From the NCBI GenBank assembly GCA_937625935.1, contig OW569370.1, positions 1 through 64,000 of the forward strand: 64,000 bases of DNA, read 5' to 3'. Below are positions 32,901 to 44,900 of the stretch, one piece after another. Position numbers and translations under genes: made by a program. The notes beneath the pieces are model-generated. The model ran no database searches. It saw only the letters and a program-made list of their open reading frames with translations, and had not been told where the DNA came from. The DNA comes from Tetramitus jugosus (taxonomy: Eukaryota > Protista > Heterolobosea). Numbering within the stretch: the first letter of the stretch is position 1; the number at the start of each line of letters is the position of its first letter.

Positions 32901-35900
32901 TGTTGTTGATGTTTGGCGAGTCCAGTACATCTCCGAGTGATCCACCGTCTTGATTTCTAACGAGTCCCTCGGATAGAATTCGAATCAATGGTACATAAAT
33001 TGGCAGCGATTCCTTATTATTCTCAAAGATGTGGGATACGAATGAGGACAAAAACTTGTTCTTGCGTGTGTCTTGAGTTGTTGGAACACCTCGCTCTCTC
33101 GCGGTTTCTGTCATGAGATACACCTGTCTAAGAATGATCATGATGGCATCGAACACCAGCTTCTCAATTCTCTGAGCAAGCAACAAATCATTCGAAATGG
33201 CAAATGCAGTGCTCAAGATGTCCAAGAACAGGTCGAATATCATGGGCAAGTAAGGCATCAGAATGTTGAAACGGCAGTGACCAATTTCTGACAATGCCAA
33301 AATAAGACTGTCAATATTCTCTCTCTTGTTCTCATATGTTTGTTGAATCTGGCTCGTGTAATGGAAGACTCTCTTCATGACTTCATCAGGCGGATAGATT
33401 GTCGACTTGGTCTTGAGCTCAACTGTCAAATTGACCTTGGATCCGTGGTCTTCCAATTTATCATTGCCCAAATAGAGGGAAGACAATGTCTTGTAGACAC
33501 CAATCTTGTACTCTCCACTGTCAATCAAATATGGCACAGTTCCGTCACTGATATTCTCAGAAGCAACTAGAGGCAGGAATGAGTAGCCGATGACAACCTT
33601 GGATGCTTTACCGAATCTCTCCTGATCGGTGTCACCTCCCTTGGCTTGCTTCACCTTGGCAGCCTTCTTCTCCGTTTGCAGTTCATAGAAAATGAACAAC
33701 AAGTGATGCTTTGGATGGAATGGAACAGGGAGCTCAATCTTGATCTCATCAAAGAACTGTGGGCTCTTCTCACCATAGGTGACACCCAACAATGCATAGT
33801 CAACCATCTTGTTACCATATTTGCCACAAATGAATGGCTTACCAACCAAGGTTTCAGCATTTGAATCTTCGTCCTTCAACAACACTTGAACAGCAATGTT
33901 CTTTGCTTTTCCAATGGCCAACTTGGCACAGATTGGCTTCACGAACAGAATGTTCTTGACAGATGTGTGAGGGTACTTGGTGTGATGGAATGGAAGTTCC
34001 TCAATGATTGGAACAGTGGTTGGTGTTGATGGCTCAGAATCGTTTTCAATAAACTCGCTGTTGTCCTCGGAAACGGTACTTCTGCGCTCCTTGTGCGTCA
34101 AATCATTAAATCCGTCTGTTGGACTGTTGCTGTTCATTGTGAACGATGATCCCTTCTCATGATATGATCCAGTATCATCGGTCACCTCGTCTCTACTCGG
34201 TCGAGGTGAGCTCAAGTTCGTTGATGTGTCACAGTCCAATGAGGAAGAAAGCTGGAGGCGAGAGACAGGAGGTACCATACGTGCATGAGTTGCACTAATG
34301 ATATTCAATTGGAATTGAGCATTACCGTTGATAATTGTCTTTGTCTTTCCAGCTCTAATGTTGGAGATGATTTCAAAAATGTTGAACATGTCTTTGGCGT
34401 CACCTTCAACCTTGTAGAAGGGCTTCACTTCGATCATGTCCTTTCGCAAACTAATCGTCTGTTGCGCATCACTGGCTTCGAATATAGGAGCTGCACCCCA
34501 AACAAATGGCTGCCTGAACCGTTCGAACACGTCAATGTTCTGATTGTTGAGTTCAATAGCCTTTGCACGATTCTTGTCACCAGTATCCTTCAAATATGGC
34601 TTCAGTACATCTTCGTAGGCACCGGTGAGAACACGGTCAACGAACAAAATGACATAAATATCAGTCGATGGATATGTTACAGTCATGAGACACTTGGACA
34701 CGGCAGATTCCAACTCGCGTTGCAATGCATCAGACAACACTGACAGTGATTCTGCACTGTTCAAATGGAAATGGAAATCCTCTGAAATCTTGACTTGTTG
34801 TTTCAAGTCGTACAGTGCGATGCGACAGAAGAGTGGTTCGGGTATTCCAAAGTCAAATGATAGACTCTTTGGCTCCACAATGAACTTTGTCTTCCTACGG
34901 ATTGGGAAATATGGATTCTTGTTTCTGAAACACTTTGCTTGCTCCAATGGAGTCCATCGGTAAGTCTGATTGAACACACTGAGCAGTCGCTTAGTCGGCT
35001 TAAAGTTGGTGTCAAAGTCCTCGTTTCTGCCCAGAATGGTATTGTTCTTGGCAATGGCCTCCAATTGCTCCGTAGTCTTCTCACTGCACAATTGCTTGGT
35101 CTTTGAGAGAATCGATGTTTGTTCATGCATCTTATCCTCTGGCACGTCCGTAGAATCGTTGAGCGACATGTTAAGAGCAGAGTTGGAATGAACGGGTGAT
35201 TTCTTGGAAAACACTGTTCTTGTTCGACCGAGCTTCAACCGATTGGAACTTCTCTTCTCTTCGCCCATCAGCTTCTCGAACAACGTGGATGAAGTTCGTG
35301 TGTTTGGACTCCGCATCGACATTCTGTACTGTGCCGAGTTGGCAACAGATGGCGAATCAGGTGATGAAGAAAGGACTCTGGGCGAAGGAGGAGCAAGACT
35401 AGTGGTGGATGACGTAGGAGACACACTATCGAGTGGCAGACTATACTGGTACTCTACCGTAGGTGATGCCGTGCCAACAACAGGAGACACAGCAACAGAG
35501 AAGCTGTGTCTGTCACCACCCATCTCACTTAGGTCCTCTGCGAGAACGCTCTGTGCTTCCACATTCATCAAACTGCTGAGTGCCATGTTGACACCGTCAG
35601 TGTTGCTGTTGGCAGCGTCGAACACTTCCTCAAACATGACATCTTCCTCTTCGTTGCCCGTTCCAGTGCTCTGACCATTGAGTGGCAGTGTAGGCACAGG
35701 CCGTCTCAACAACACGTTCAATGGGCTGCTCAATCCCTGAGATTGGAACAGTGCGCCTCTGTATGGTACACAGTTGTATCTTGACTCGATCTTACGAATG
35801 ACTTGGAAAGGTTCCTTGTATGCATGGACAGCAGACTTTAGATATGGATTCGTAGCGGCCTTTCTCTTGTGAATCTCCTGTTCGTACCTCTTTTCCTTCA

Positions 35901-36954
35901 TGAGATATTCCTTGTTGTCTTGAGCAATGTAGAACGATTCGTACACATTGAGAAAATCCAAGTCTTGAGCATTGATTTCCTCTTCTTCAACGACTTGTTG
36001 TTGTTGATGTTGTTGATCTTGGTCTTGGTCTTGGTTGTCAATGGATGAATCATCCTTGTGATCCTCTACTTCTTCAGTGACGACATCATCGTCCACAAGC
36101 GAAACATGTTCTTCAGTACTAGTGGATGATAATATCACAGTTTCCTGCTCAACAATATCTACTACTTCTGTTGTGCTTGTTTCTTCGTCTGTCGTGGTAG
36201 CAGCGACTTCAACAATAGACACGAGAACTGTTTCACTGTCTTCAGGTAGTTCGGCAAATGTAACTCTTAGTTCCTTGGTCTTTTCTTCATTCGCTGCAAT
36301 TTCCGTAGTCGTTTCTTCTTCAACTGCTGTGATTGTTGACGTTGATGGTTGTTGTTGCTCTTCTGATACTACTGCTTCTACTTCTACTTCGTCTATTGGT
36401 ACATTTTCTTCAATAGTAGTAGTTGTTGTAGGTGTAGTAGTTTCTGTTGTTGTTGTTGTTGCTTCTTCTATGACAATTGATGTCTCCTCTTCTATAACGG
36501 TAATTGTGGTGGATGTCGTAGTAGGAGTGTTCGGTGACAGAGTGACACATATGCGAGAAGAATCATGTTGTACAAGAGTAGACAGAGATATCATCTTTTC
36601 TAAATGTTGTTCTTGTTCTGTCGTATTAGAGTTATTGTCGTTGTTGTTGGTACTATTAAAATGGTTGTTATGGTTGTTATGGTTGTTGTTGTTGTTCATG
36701 TGTGACTCTGTTGGAGTCATCAAATTTTCCGTGTGATCATCAGTCTCCGTTGTTTCCATCATTGAATAATTGGAGAGTTCATCCGATGAGGCTGCTGACA
36801 ATGCATGATGTGAATGTTCAGTTACAGGGGTTCCACTGCTACTATTGTGACTCAACAAATCATGATGATTGTTTTTGTTCTTGTTGTTTTTACTTTTGTT
36901 GTTGTTGTTGTTGGAGCTCTTTTTAGAGTGATTATTCTTTTTTGACTTGCCCAT
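29920..36954 (-). CDS. 2344-aa DOCK-C2 (DHR-1) + REM + CDC25 RasGEF protein
   Basis: EPLFCRIALYDLK..KISEDFHF and FRQPFVWGA (DOCK-C/D N region). YPHTSVKNILFVKP...PQFFDEIKIELP..HHLLFIFY (DHR-1). GSLDKLIERL..FLLTFYSFTTP (REM). EIARQLTLIE..ERFNNFSFW..YLRDLMFIEEGNP (CDC25). Confidence 0.9.
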   Translation of the reverse strand: MGKSKKNNHSKKSSNNNNNKSKNNKNKNNHHDLLSHNSSSGTPVTEHSHHALSAASSDELSNYSMMETTETDDHTENLMTPTESHMNNNNNHNNHNNHFNSTNNNDNNSNTTEQEQHLEKMISLSTLVQHDSSRICVTLSPNTPTTTSTTITVIEEETSIVIEEATTTTTETTTPTTTTTIEENVPIDEVEVEAVVSEEQQQPSTSTITAVEEETTTEIAANEEKTKELRVTFAELPEDSETVLVSIVEVAATTTDEETSTTEVVDIVEQETVILSSTSTEEHVSLVDDDVVTEEVEDHKDDSSIDNQDQDQDQQHQQQQVVEEEEINAQDLDFLNVYESFYIAQDNKEYLMKEKRYEQEIHKRKAATNPYLKSAVHAYKEPFQVIRKIESRYNCVPYRGALFQSQGLSSPLNVLLRRPVPTLPLNGQSTGTGNEEEDVMFEEVFDAANSNTDGVNMALSSLMNVEAQSVLAEDLSEMGGDRHSFSVAVSPVVGTASPTVEYQYSLPLDSVSPTSSTTSLAPPSPRVLSSSPDSPSVANSAQYRMSMRSPNTRTSSTLFEKLMGEEKRSSNRLKLGRTRTVFSKKSPVHSNSALNMSLNDSTDVPEDKMHEQTSILSKTKQLCSEKTTEQLEAIAKNNTILGRNEDFDTNFKPTKRLLSVFNQTYRWTPLEQAKCFRNKNPYFPIRRKTKFIVEPKSLSFDFGIPEPLFCRIALYDLKQQVKISEDFHFHLNSAESLSVLSDALQRELESAVSKCLMTVTYPSTDIYVILFVDRVLTGAYEDVLKPYLKDTGDKNRAKAIELNNQNIDVFERFRQPFVWGAAPIFEASDAQQTISLRKDMIEVKPFYKVEGDAKDMFNIFEIISNIRAGKTKTIINGNAQFQLNIISATHARMVPPVSRLQLSSSLDCDTSTNLSSPRPSRDEVTDDTGSYHEKGSSFTMNSNSPTDGFNDLTHKERRSTVSEDNSEFIENDSEPSTPTTVPIIEELPFHHTKYPHTSVKNILFVKPICAKLAIGKAKNIAVQVLLKDEDSNAETLVGKPFICGKYGNKMVDYALLGVTYGEKSPQFFDEIKIELPVPFHPKHHLLFIFYELQTEKKAAKVKQAKGGDTDQERFGKASKVVIGYSFLPLVASENISDGTVPYLIDSGEYKIGVYKTLSSLYLGNDKLEDHGSKVNLTVELKTKSTIYPPDEVMKRVFHYTSQIQQTYENKRENIDSLILALSEIGHCRFNILMPYLPMIFDLFLDILSTAFAISNDLLLAQRIEKLVFDAIMIILRQVYLMTETARERGVPTTQDTRKNKFLSSFVSHIFENNKESLPIYVPLIRILSEGLVRNQDGGSLGDVLDSPNINNKPIEKAKKSRFATIRKKQFKEMTPTSTAKSFSERDIIRFCWFFFDIIIKSMVMNRKHEIETDSELAQRLESLPKHRVDANGWTSPDENPNTEGTYSHFVMNARCVIRELVKSIVRVLNSPSGQHTYIGLSGNRSLALFICDLIPILSREQVFELVSEYNNHLQGMDPRIIELRMEFFSILFDNENILALNNLTSPQGNKMIQMLVDTFFVLNQVSSADKSGMLLDRGCRIIMQFFTKLDHDARLQSKRARQIVSRILMPFVDAMFSNKNNLKMIKNDGELAAITVSFLWLLRNMDSSSFVRWVNHQDIFSLTNLMNFLESAAATFFVCQAPRRTSESTRQGVAAVYHVISILIRKEALDSVKDKLRNLDPFMSQSFTNVSSDQQQIVQQQIELEEEFESTNTSQSPYVGVLLRRISKMLTNIGYFTCLHDDKELIHLFFNNCMRPFLNNYAHEIVVKELYQIQFDKNGKRKKAKIRAVEKRRIEQKWRWLMGCILANMELTRSDIVHPVITDCYDALSKPFKDILAEQTEQERVSQPVPPVTQESSPVQPSEEESQSNESSSDVTVQDDEIVIADGLVRAGSLDKLIERLIGAHSYVDSESSNFKKVFLLTFYSFTTPAELMIKIVQSYPTYSDKCQLNILNFLSEWVKNGFHDFDNITTSLTIDFLCSLGEDRNTTKQKLKKIVLKQLLESRMNTSSYYNRVDQDNAPRVPPNFDPELYKEPKIDFKIWRSLRKRTLPNPFDYAFDILEWPSVEIARQLTLIESEVFKKIEPKECFDLGWTRDGDKYDLSPNIVAVAERFNNFSFWIRNCIVNERDIKRRQALMLKFVDIAKELRDIKNYATMFQITSALNSAELNRLKLTRKALTEKHEEFLNEASSMLDNNYTSLRNELKYSAGLPTVPLQAVYLRDLMFIEEGNPNTITHKDKSLINLVKRRHYSSTISGIQLLQQSSNYTYQPLPYLQYILTEDLFTNLEFDEKILYQKSLQREARGK

Positions 36955-37727
36955 TACTATGATTATTGTTTATACAAAATGTTGATGTTTGTTGTTTGTT
37001 TGTGCTTGGTCGAAAAAAAAAAGAATGTGAGTCGTGTGATGACTGTTTGTTTGTTTGTTTGTTGTTTGTTTGTCCTACTGTAGCGACTCAAATGCTGATG
37101 GATGATTCGATGTGTGTCTTGAGACAAGTAGAAGCTGGTGGTGTGATAGGTTGTTTGTTGTCCAATGGGAGGAGGAATGTGATGTGTGTGAGTGACCAAT
37201 AATAAGTTTTTGATGATGCAATTCACACTGAAAACACACTTGTTTTTTTTTCACTTGTTGGTGTTGATGATGGCAATGGATATGGTGTGGGTGTGTGTTT
37301 TAGGACTTTTGGGTGGTTGCAACAACAAAATTTGTTCTGCTGGGTGGGACAGTGACAATTTTTTCAAGTCGGGTTGTGTTGAGCGCTTCCCCTGTCGAAA
37401 TGTTACAACATGTCTTTTTTGACAGGAATGACGAGTGACAAGTGCCGTTGTAATAATGTGTGAGATTCACATCTCCAACCAACAGACATCCACCAAAAAG
37501 GAGGTGGTGTCGCGAGGATTGAACGAGTTTCTGAAGTTGATCACGAGGTGATGACGATCACACACCTTTCCACATAATGGGCCCACTCTTCACAAAATCC
37601 ACATGATAGCCAACATTCAGATGAGCTATTTGTCCGGAAACATTGATTTTTGGGTCGGACAATTCATCGTGTGATAGATTTCAAACTACGGTATTCTAGG
37701 TCTTGATTGTCTTCTTTTTCGTAGTAT

Positions 37728-38855
37728 ATGCCCAAGTTATCCGAAATTGGTAGCTATGAGGAACTCACGATGAAAATTCGGAGTCACGAGAGGAATGTAC
37801 TTCAGTTGACACAGGACTTGCGCAACTTTGTTCACATGAACCAAGATCCTAGACAATCGCCCAACTTTAATAGCTCTAAAGCGGATAACTTTGACATTTT
37901 GTTGCATGTGATTGATCTTTATTGTCATCACTGTGTCATTGTGTTGCTGGTGTTAAAAGTGTTGAAGATTTTATCCAGAAAGTCAATCAATCGCCAGAAT
38001 ATCAGTTCAAATGTGATTGATGCATTGCAGAGAGTCATCGGTACTTATAGTTCCGATTGTCAGATATGTGTAGAATTTTCCAATGGTATGTCTGTGATCT
38101 TCTGTTCATCCCCAAGTAGGAGTAGAGCTCTCACACAAACTTGGATTGTTATGGTGAAGTGGTGCTGAACATTTGTTACGAGCGAGAGAACGTATCGAAT
38201 ATCATTTCCAAAGGTTGTATCATACAATTAGTGAGACTCATGTCTGGTGAATATCAATCTGATTACAAGTTGCTAGCGGCCGTAGTCGGTGCCATACAAA
38301 GTATTGTAAGTAGTTGTTGATTCATGGTAACTCAGATAAAAAAGAGATTCACTAACTGTTGTATGAAAGAGTTTTCAGCCAGAGGGTAAGGAATGTGTCA
38401 AACAGAGCGGTGCGCTCAAGCCGGTGATCGAACTATTGACATGTAGTGATATCACTGTGCGGAGTCGAGCTGTTGGAGTTGTACACAATCTGAGCTCTGA
38501 TTTGGGTATCGTGGCAGACCTTCGCAGTTCCGGTGCCATTCCAGATCTGATAGCTCTGCTTAATGATCCCAACATATCGATTGCTGTTAGTGCTGCAGGT
38601 TGTATTCAAAACTTTTCTCGAGAAGATCAGTCGCGCAGAACGGTACGCGAGTGTGGCGGTGTTGTACCATTGACTCAGATGCTCTTCATGGATTACTTGC
38701 CGGCTCAAACTTGTGCTGCTGGAGCATTGCTCAACATACTGGGTCCAACGTTAGGTAGCGAAGACTGTCGCAATCCACAGAGAGTAGCATTGAAACGACT
38801 CATCTCAGATTGTATCTTCTTGGGTCAAATGAAAGACATCCTGGATCCAGAATAG
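37728..38855 (+). CDS. Armadillo-repeat protein, 3 exons
   Basis: ARM repeats (AVGVVHNLS, GAIPDLIALL, AAGCIQNFS, AAGALLNI). Introns 38086-38159 and 38306-38369 keep the frame. Confidence 0.85.
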
Positions 38856-39105
38856 CCCAGAACCATTGCACAACAGGAATGAAGACCACCAAATCTATCT
38901 GCACCTGGAAGTAAAAGGCTTGTCTTTTGTTCGCAGAGGTGTGACAAACTGCGGATCTAACCGAGCGTCCAGATAGAGTTTCAACAAAACAGAACCAGTG
39001 ACAGTTTACATAGAAAGATGGAATATAAATTTTACATGGAGGAAACAATGGTCCAATCTTCTTTCGCGACACACCACCTTGGCCACATGTGCCTCATTTG
39101 TTCAA

Positions 39106-40458
39106 TTACTTTGATGAGGAGGATGAGGAAGAACTCTCCTTTCGACGTCTACGTTCTCTCTTCTTTCTAATTTCAGCGTACAACTTCTCACGATACTCAT
39201 TAATCGAATACTTCTTGTTATCACTCAAATGCAATTTGATTTGTGTGGTACAGATTGGCTCATCAGCAGGATTATGGAACAGACTGACAAATGGATGCTT
39301 GAGTGCCTCTTCAGCGTCTATTCTCTTCTCTGGGTTGAATTGGAGCAGTTTTTGCATGAGATCAAGAGCCTCTGGCTTTGCAGTTGGGAACAACCTTGCC
39401 AATGATTTCTGTTCCGTTTCAGGAATGGATTCGAGCATGGATGAGGCAAAAGCGGATTGAATGGCTTCCAAGTCCTCAGTCTTTGGTGGTCCAGTCACTG
39501 CAATAATTCTCTGCAATTGATTCATGGTCGATGTTCCAGGGAACATGGGCTTACCGCACAGCAACTCTGCAAGAATACAGCCGACACTCCACATGTCAAC
39601 ACCCTTGGTGTACTTTGTGGATCCGAGGAGAATCTCAGGTGCACGATACCATCTCGTAGCGACATAATCAGTCAAAACAGGTCCATTTCCAACAGCAGTA
39701 ATGCTTCTAGCGAGACCAAAATCAGCCAATTTCATGTGACATTCGCTGTTCAACAAGAGATTACTTGGTTTGATATCTCTGTGAAGCAAGTCAGCACTGT
39801 GCAAGTACTTGATTGTCTTCAACAATTGATAGATAATGTATTGCTTGTGAATTTCTTCGAGAATGTTGGCTCTAATGACAGCATGCAAATCAGTGTCTAT
39901 AATATTATGATAATGATAACAAAAACATCAACCAAAAAAAATGATATCGTTTTTTTAAAAAAAATCAACACGTGTGAGTCACATGATCATCCATGATGAC
40001 AACAATCAAAATCACTATTGACAAAACATACCCATAAACTCAAAAACAAGATAGATATCATTGTCATTCTCAGCCTTCAACACGTTCAATAGCCTAACTA
40101 CATTGTCATGCTGAAGACCTTGCAACAACATGATTTCACGATAGGTTCTCTGTGCATCGGTCGCATTCTGAAAGGCATCAAAAATTTTCTTGAGAGCCAC
40201 AGTTTGTCGTGTCTTCTTATCCGTTGCCTTCCAAACGATACCATAGGCCTATTTATTGTATGACGATCCACGCATACATGATAACAATTTTCGAGCAGAA
40301 AAAAAAGAAGAGATGATAAATATCAAATGTCATGGAAAGAATAATATCACTCAAAATTGAGGTAATGTTGTGTCTTGTGTGCGATTACATACACCTTTGC
40401 CTAGCTTTGGTCCAATTTCGTACTTTCTGAGAACGTGCTTATCGATTTCGTCTGACAT
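39106..40458 (-). CDS. MAPK15: Atypical MAP kinase ERK7/MAPK15, 3 exons
   Basis: [18 protein letters not shown]|[57 protein letters not shown]. Introns 40249-40392 and 39897-40031. Confidence 0.95.
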
Positions 40459-40738
40459 TTAATATAGTATGTTTGTTGGTGTTTTTGTTGTCGTTGTTTG
40501 TACAGTGCTTTTTCAGAAGGGAGAAAAAAAAAGTGATGGCTTGATTTGCGGTTGTCGAACAAAAATTTTGTTGTTTGCTAAAACGCCGACAAGCATGTCA
40601 CAAGCAACGATTTTTGATGCTTGGCGCCCTTTGACATTTCTACAGCGGTCTCTTCGCGAAGTTGTTGACGAGTGACATACATGAGTCACGTTCGCGCTGC
40701 GGAAGAGTTGAGATCATGTCTCAATTTCTACTAAGCGC

Positions 40739-41813
40739 TTAGAACTGAACATGCTTGCTCGATGTAGATGTCTTTGGTGCCGATTCAATAAAGAATTGTG
40801 CCATGGCCGCCTTGTTCACAAACGACTTCTGACTCGTCAAGTCCATCAAATAATTGTGCTTGTTTTGTCCAATGTTAAGGAACATGTAATCTCCAAAACT
40901 CTTTCTCTTACGCATCAAGCTCGGGTCCGTAATCTTCTCCACATCATTCAGCTTGAGCATGTGAAGCGATGGACTCGTGACTTCTTTGGCCGGATAAAAT
41001 TTTTCACGAGTTCCCCTCAAGGAGAGCATGTCGCCAAATACGACTCGCGCCTCCGTGAGTTGACCCTTGCCATTTCTGATCACACCAAACTCTAGCACAT
41101 TCTTCTTTGCATAAAAGGAGAAACCAATGACAATGACCAGTGAGATGGCAAACAGACTCGCAGCCATCTTCATCTTTGTATCAAATTGAACCCAGACGAC
41201 TCTCTTTTTCTGTTCTTCTTCTTCTTCCTTGCTGTTGTCGTTTTCATTTGCCACAACCATTGTAGTTTCTTCTTCGTCTTCTGCACTTTGACTGCTCTTT
41301 TCAATGGATGACATGGCCAACTGATAGGCTGCAAATGCCAACAACAGCGCATAAATGAGAGACGCCATGCACGTCACTCTCACAAATTTTGGATAAGGAT
41401 TACAGTACAGCACAGTGTAGTTCTTTGTCTAATAGGATCAACGATGAGTTTCACAAAATCATCATCAACAACAGATCAAAACAAGCTCCAGAGCTTCAAA
41501 ATGAAGAACGAAAAAACACAAAACATACATTGATGAATTGGGATCGATTTGCATCAGTGCTTGGATAGAATGGTGTTGGTTCTGGACGTGTGTTGAGCTC
41601 AGATCCCGTGATCATGTAACATCGAACTTGTTGTTGTAGTAGTCGCGAGTTTGAATGAATGGGTATTGTTGATCGAAGAGAATGATGACGGTTGTTGCTG
41701 GTAATGATGCCTCTGCATTGTGAGAAATGAAACCGTTGTGTTGCTTGGTTCGATCGCAACAATTGTTGGAGGTTTTTTGTTGTTGTGAAAAGGATTGTGC
41801 AATGTCGTTGCAT
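40739..41813 (-). CDS. Mitochondrion-targeted two-TM protein, TMEM223-like, 2 exons
   Basis: Arg/Ser-rich, acid-free presequence, two TM helices, C-terminal NYLMD...FVN. Intron 41429-41528. Confidence 0.5.
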
Positions 41814-41905
41814 GATGATCAAAGATAAGCTTTTTTGGTTTGCTTTTTGTTTGTTGGAGGAAAAAATATTTTTGCATGACACGGGGAAATGCAGCTTTGG
41901 ATCGA

Positions 41906-44900
41906 TCAGAGCTCCACCTTGAGCTTGTGTTCAAACATGTTGCCACACAGTGGACACGGTAGGATGGATTGATGGTTTGTGAGCTGTGTCTTGCAACCAC
42001 ATCCCCTGCAGGTTGCTGCTCCAGGTTGTTGGATAATGGTGAATGTGAAGACGTCTCGGTTGAACTTGTGTCTTGGATGCTTTGGGCATTGGCTGGTCAG
42101 CACTTGTTCCAAACTCATTTTCAGAGTTTCGGAGCAGAATGGACATGAATCGCGACAAGGTAAGCAAGTTTTGATCTCTGACAGCACAGTGTCGACAGAG
42201 GAGGCATCAAAAGGAGTATCAGCCGATCTTTCTCCGCACAGTTCGATTAAGCGATCAATGAGGGCAACTAGTTGCTCTGATTTGTCGGAGCGAGTGTAAA
42301 CTGACTTTAGATGCCGAAGATCTTCGGCGATAAGACCTCCAATCTCATTCAATCCGGATAGAGCATCAGTTTTGATGCATTGAGCGATGGAGTGGCTCTG
42401 ATACAAGAGCAACCAATCGCACTTTAACAGCATTGAATCGGTAACGCTTGTAGGGGCACTTTCGAATGATCTAATCATTTGCATAATGTTTTGATAAAAC
42501 AACTTGTTCTGTGCCTGGAATTGTCGCTGGCCAATAGCCGAGTATTCTCGCTGGATCTGCTCTGTGTTGGCAGACGTACCCCCTACCATCAATGCCCTAA
42601 GTATCAGATTGAACTTGAATGTTAGATGAGCCAGCAGCAAATAGCATAACTGCAGCAGCATCTGGGCTGAGTTCAAATTGTTGATGATTTTGTCAACTAT
42701 AGTTATAACTTGGTCTGTTGAAAGATTCTCAATGTAGGCATCCACAATGTCGAATGGATTTAATCGACTGTCGATTCCTCGATTGACAATCTGTATCAGT
42801 GTTGCATAATAGTAGTCTATGATACGGTTGTCAGAGTCAGGTATAATTTTGTCCAGATGTTCAAACACAGGAAACACGAACAACTTTGTTTTGTGTCTGT
42901 CCTCAAGGTCAGCTCTATTTGCAATCTGAGGAGGCCTCTCTCTCAACAGAGCCACGTAGGTCTGGTTAGGTGACAGAGAGCAGCCCCATATTGGATACGC
43001 ACAATCCTGAGCAACGATGATATTCTTTTCAGAGCTTCCATCAGCGTCGTTCACATTCCACAGAACTAAGCTTCCATCATAAGAGGCGCTATAAATTAAA
43101 AGTAGAGGATCCTTATCTGGGTGATAGTGACACATTAATGGTGCTACACCCGTAATGATCGATGAGTGCCCCTCAAGAGCTTTCTTCCATGTTGGTGAAA
43201 GGTTGGTTGCTAGTTTGGAGATGTAGCTGCAACATCCTTTGACAATGCACAAATACGAGCTCCCGTTATATTCATAGCGCGTCATGAAATTGATTGGTAC
43301 GTGATCCGGTGTTATAAATGTGTTGGGTATGCTGTTGGGTAAATCGGCAAACGGGAACACACAGTCCAATGACAATAGAATATCTGAATCATCTCCTATG
43401 AGCAGTGGTACTGTCCAAAAGTTAACTGAACCATCACTCGATCCGGTAACTAGGCAGCATCCAGAGGGACCGGCTCTCAAGAAGCACATGGATGTGACAA
43501 ACGAGAAGTGAGCCTTAAAGTAGCACACTACTGTTAGTATTTGCTGTTTGTTTGGATTGAATCGCATGATTGCAATGTGACCTGTTTTGTTACCACATGC
43601 AAAATACAAATCGGATTCTGTGATTGGATGAGACCACGCAATGCACATGATGTCAGATATATGTTCAATGTGTACAAATTCTTCCGGTGTTTCAATATTA
43701 TCAACACTTGTAACAGGTGGTCGAATCACTCTCTTCCTGGATGTTGAAGGAGTGAATGCTGTCTTGTTGTTCTGAGATGGCCTTGGTGTCGATACGTCCA
43801 TCGTTTGTTGCTCACCTGTTTCTGCTGATTGAGTTGCAGTGTCGGGTGTTGTCACTACTACTGATTCTGCTTCTGTTTGGGATTGGGATTGGTTCAAGAT
43901 GTCAGTCATTTGAAAATTAACATCAGTTGTCGTCGCGGATGCAGTATCATCCCCATTCTCCAAATCTGACAGTGATTCACCATTACGCTTCTTATTCGCA
44001 ATTGTTCTCGTTCTTACTTTCATTCGTTTCAACAAATTTGCTTTCAAGGTTTTTGCGTTCAATTTGTACTTTTTCATCAATGCTTCATTCTCCTTGAACA
44101 GTTGATTCATCTTCTCATCTATAAACTTTGTTTCCTCTTCAGAGTACCTTCGTTTCTTCTTCTCCAACTCTTCCGGTTCTAAAAAATTGGATAATTTGAC
44201 GAATCCAGCGACAAGAACATTCAAGAATGAATCAGTCAATTTCCTAGAACCAGTGACATTGTCATCGGCTTCAGTTTGTTCAGCACTCTCGTTTTCTTCT
44301 GTCGCATTGCTACTGCTACCACCATTACTACCATCATTGGAAAACGATAGTTGCTGCGGCGGTAGACTGAGTTTCAATCTCTTTGTCTGTGGTTGAAACT
44401 GATTGTTCACACTGGACAGTTCACTCTCATAAAATTGTTGACATGCAGCCTTGAGCAACACGCGCACATCATACACTTCTTTCCACTTTCGATCATAACT
44501 CTTATCAGGTTCACTGTAGATGCGCAACAAGTGATCCGTGGAACACACTGCCAAGAAACATGTGGCAAACGTTCCCTTTCTACTATTACCACTCGATTTA
44601 TGATTATTGTTTTCATCATTACCATCATTACTTACAGTGGTATTTTCATCATCGAGTATAACAGTCATGGGTGACCACTCTGAACATCTACAATACCGTG
44701 TTTGATACCTAGCAAACATTCCCGGATGATAAATGTATCGATCTTTGAGATGATAATTCATCGTAGCATATGCTTCCTGAGTGTCCAACGGTTCCCATTG
44801 AACCACATCTCTCGAGTCACTGTGAACATTGACAACAAATGTGGAATCTGATATTTGAAGTGCAATCTTGTTGTTGTGAGAGTTCCATTTCACAGAGTTT

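Noticed and set aside
36077-36736. 219-aa plus-strand Val/Ser-rich ORF and similar antisense ORFs across the window
   Set aside because: Shadow frames of low-complexity Thr/Glu/Asn-rich coding sequence on the opposite strand.
38911-38919. U5 snRNA (GCCTTTTAC loop I on the minus strand)
   Set aside because: The flanks do not form the loop-I stem and no Sm site follows; probably a chance 9-mer in a 3' UTR region.
39655-39675. TDY instead of TEY activation loop as a novelty
   Set aside because: TDY is common among ERK7/MAPK15-type and protist MAPKs.
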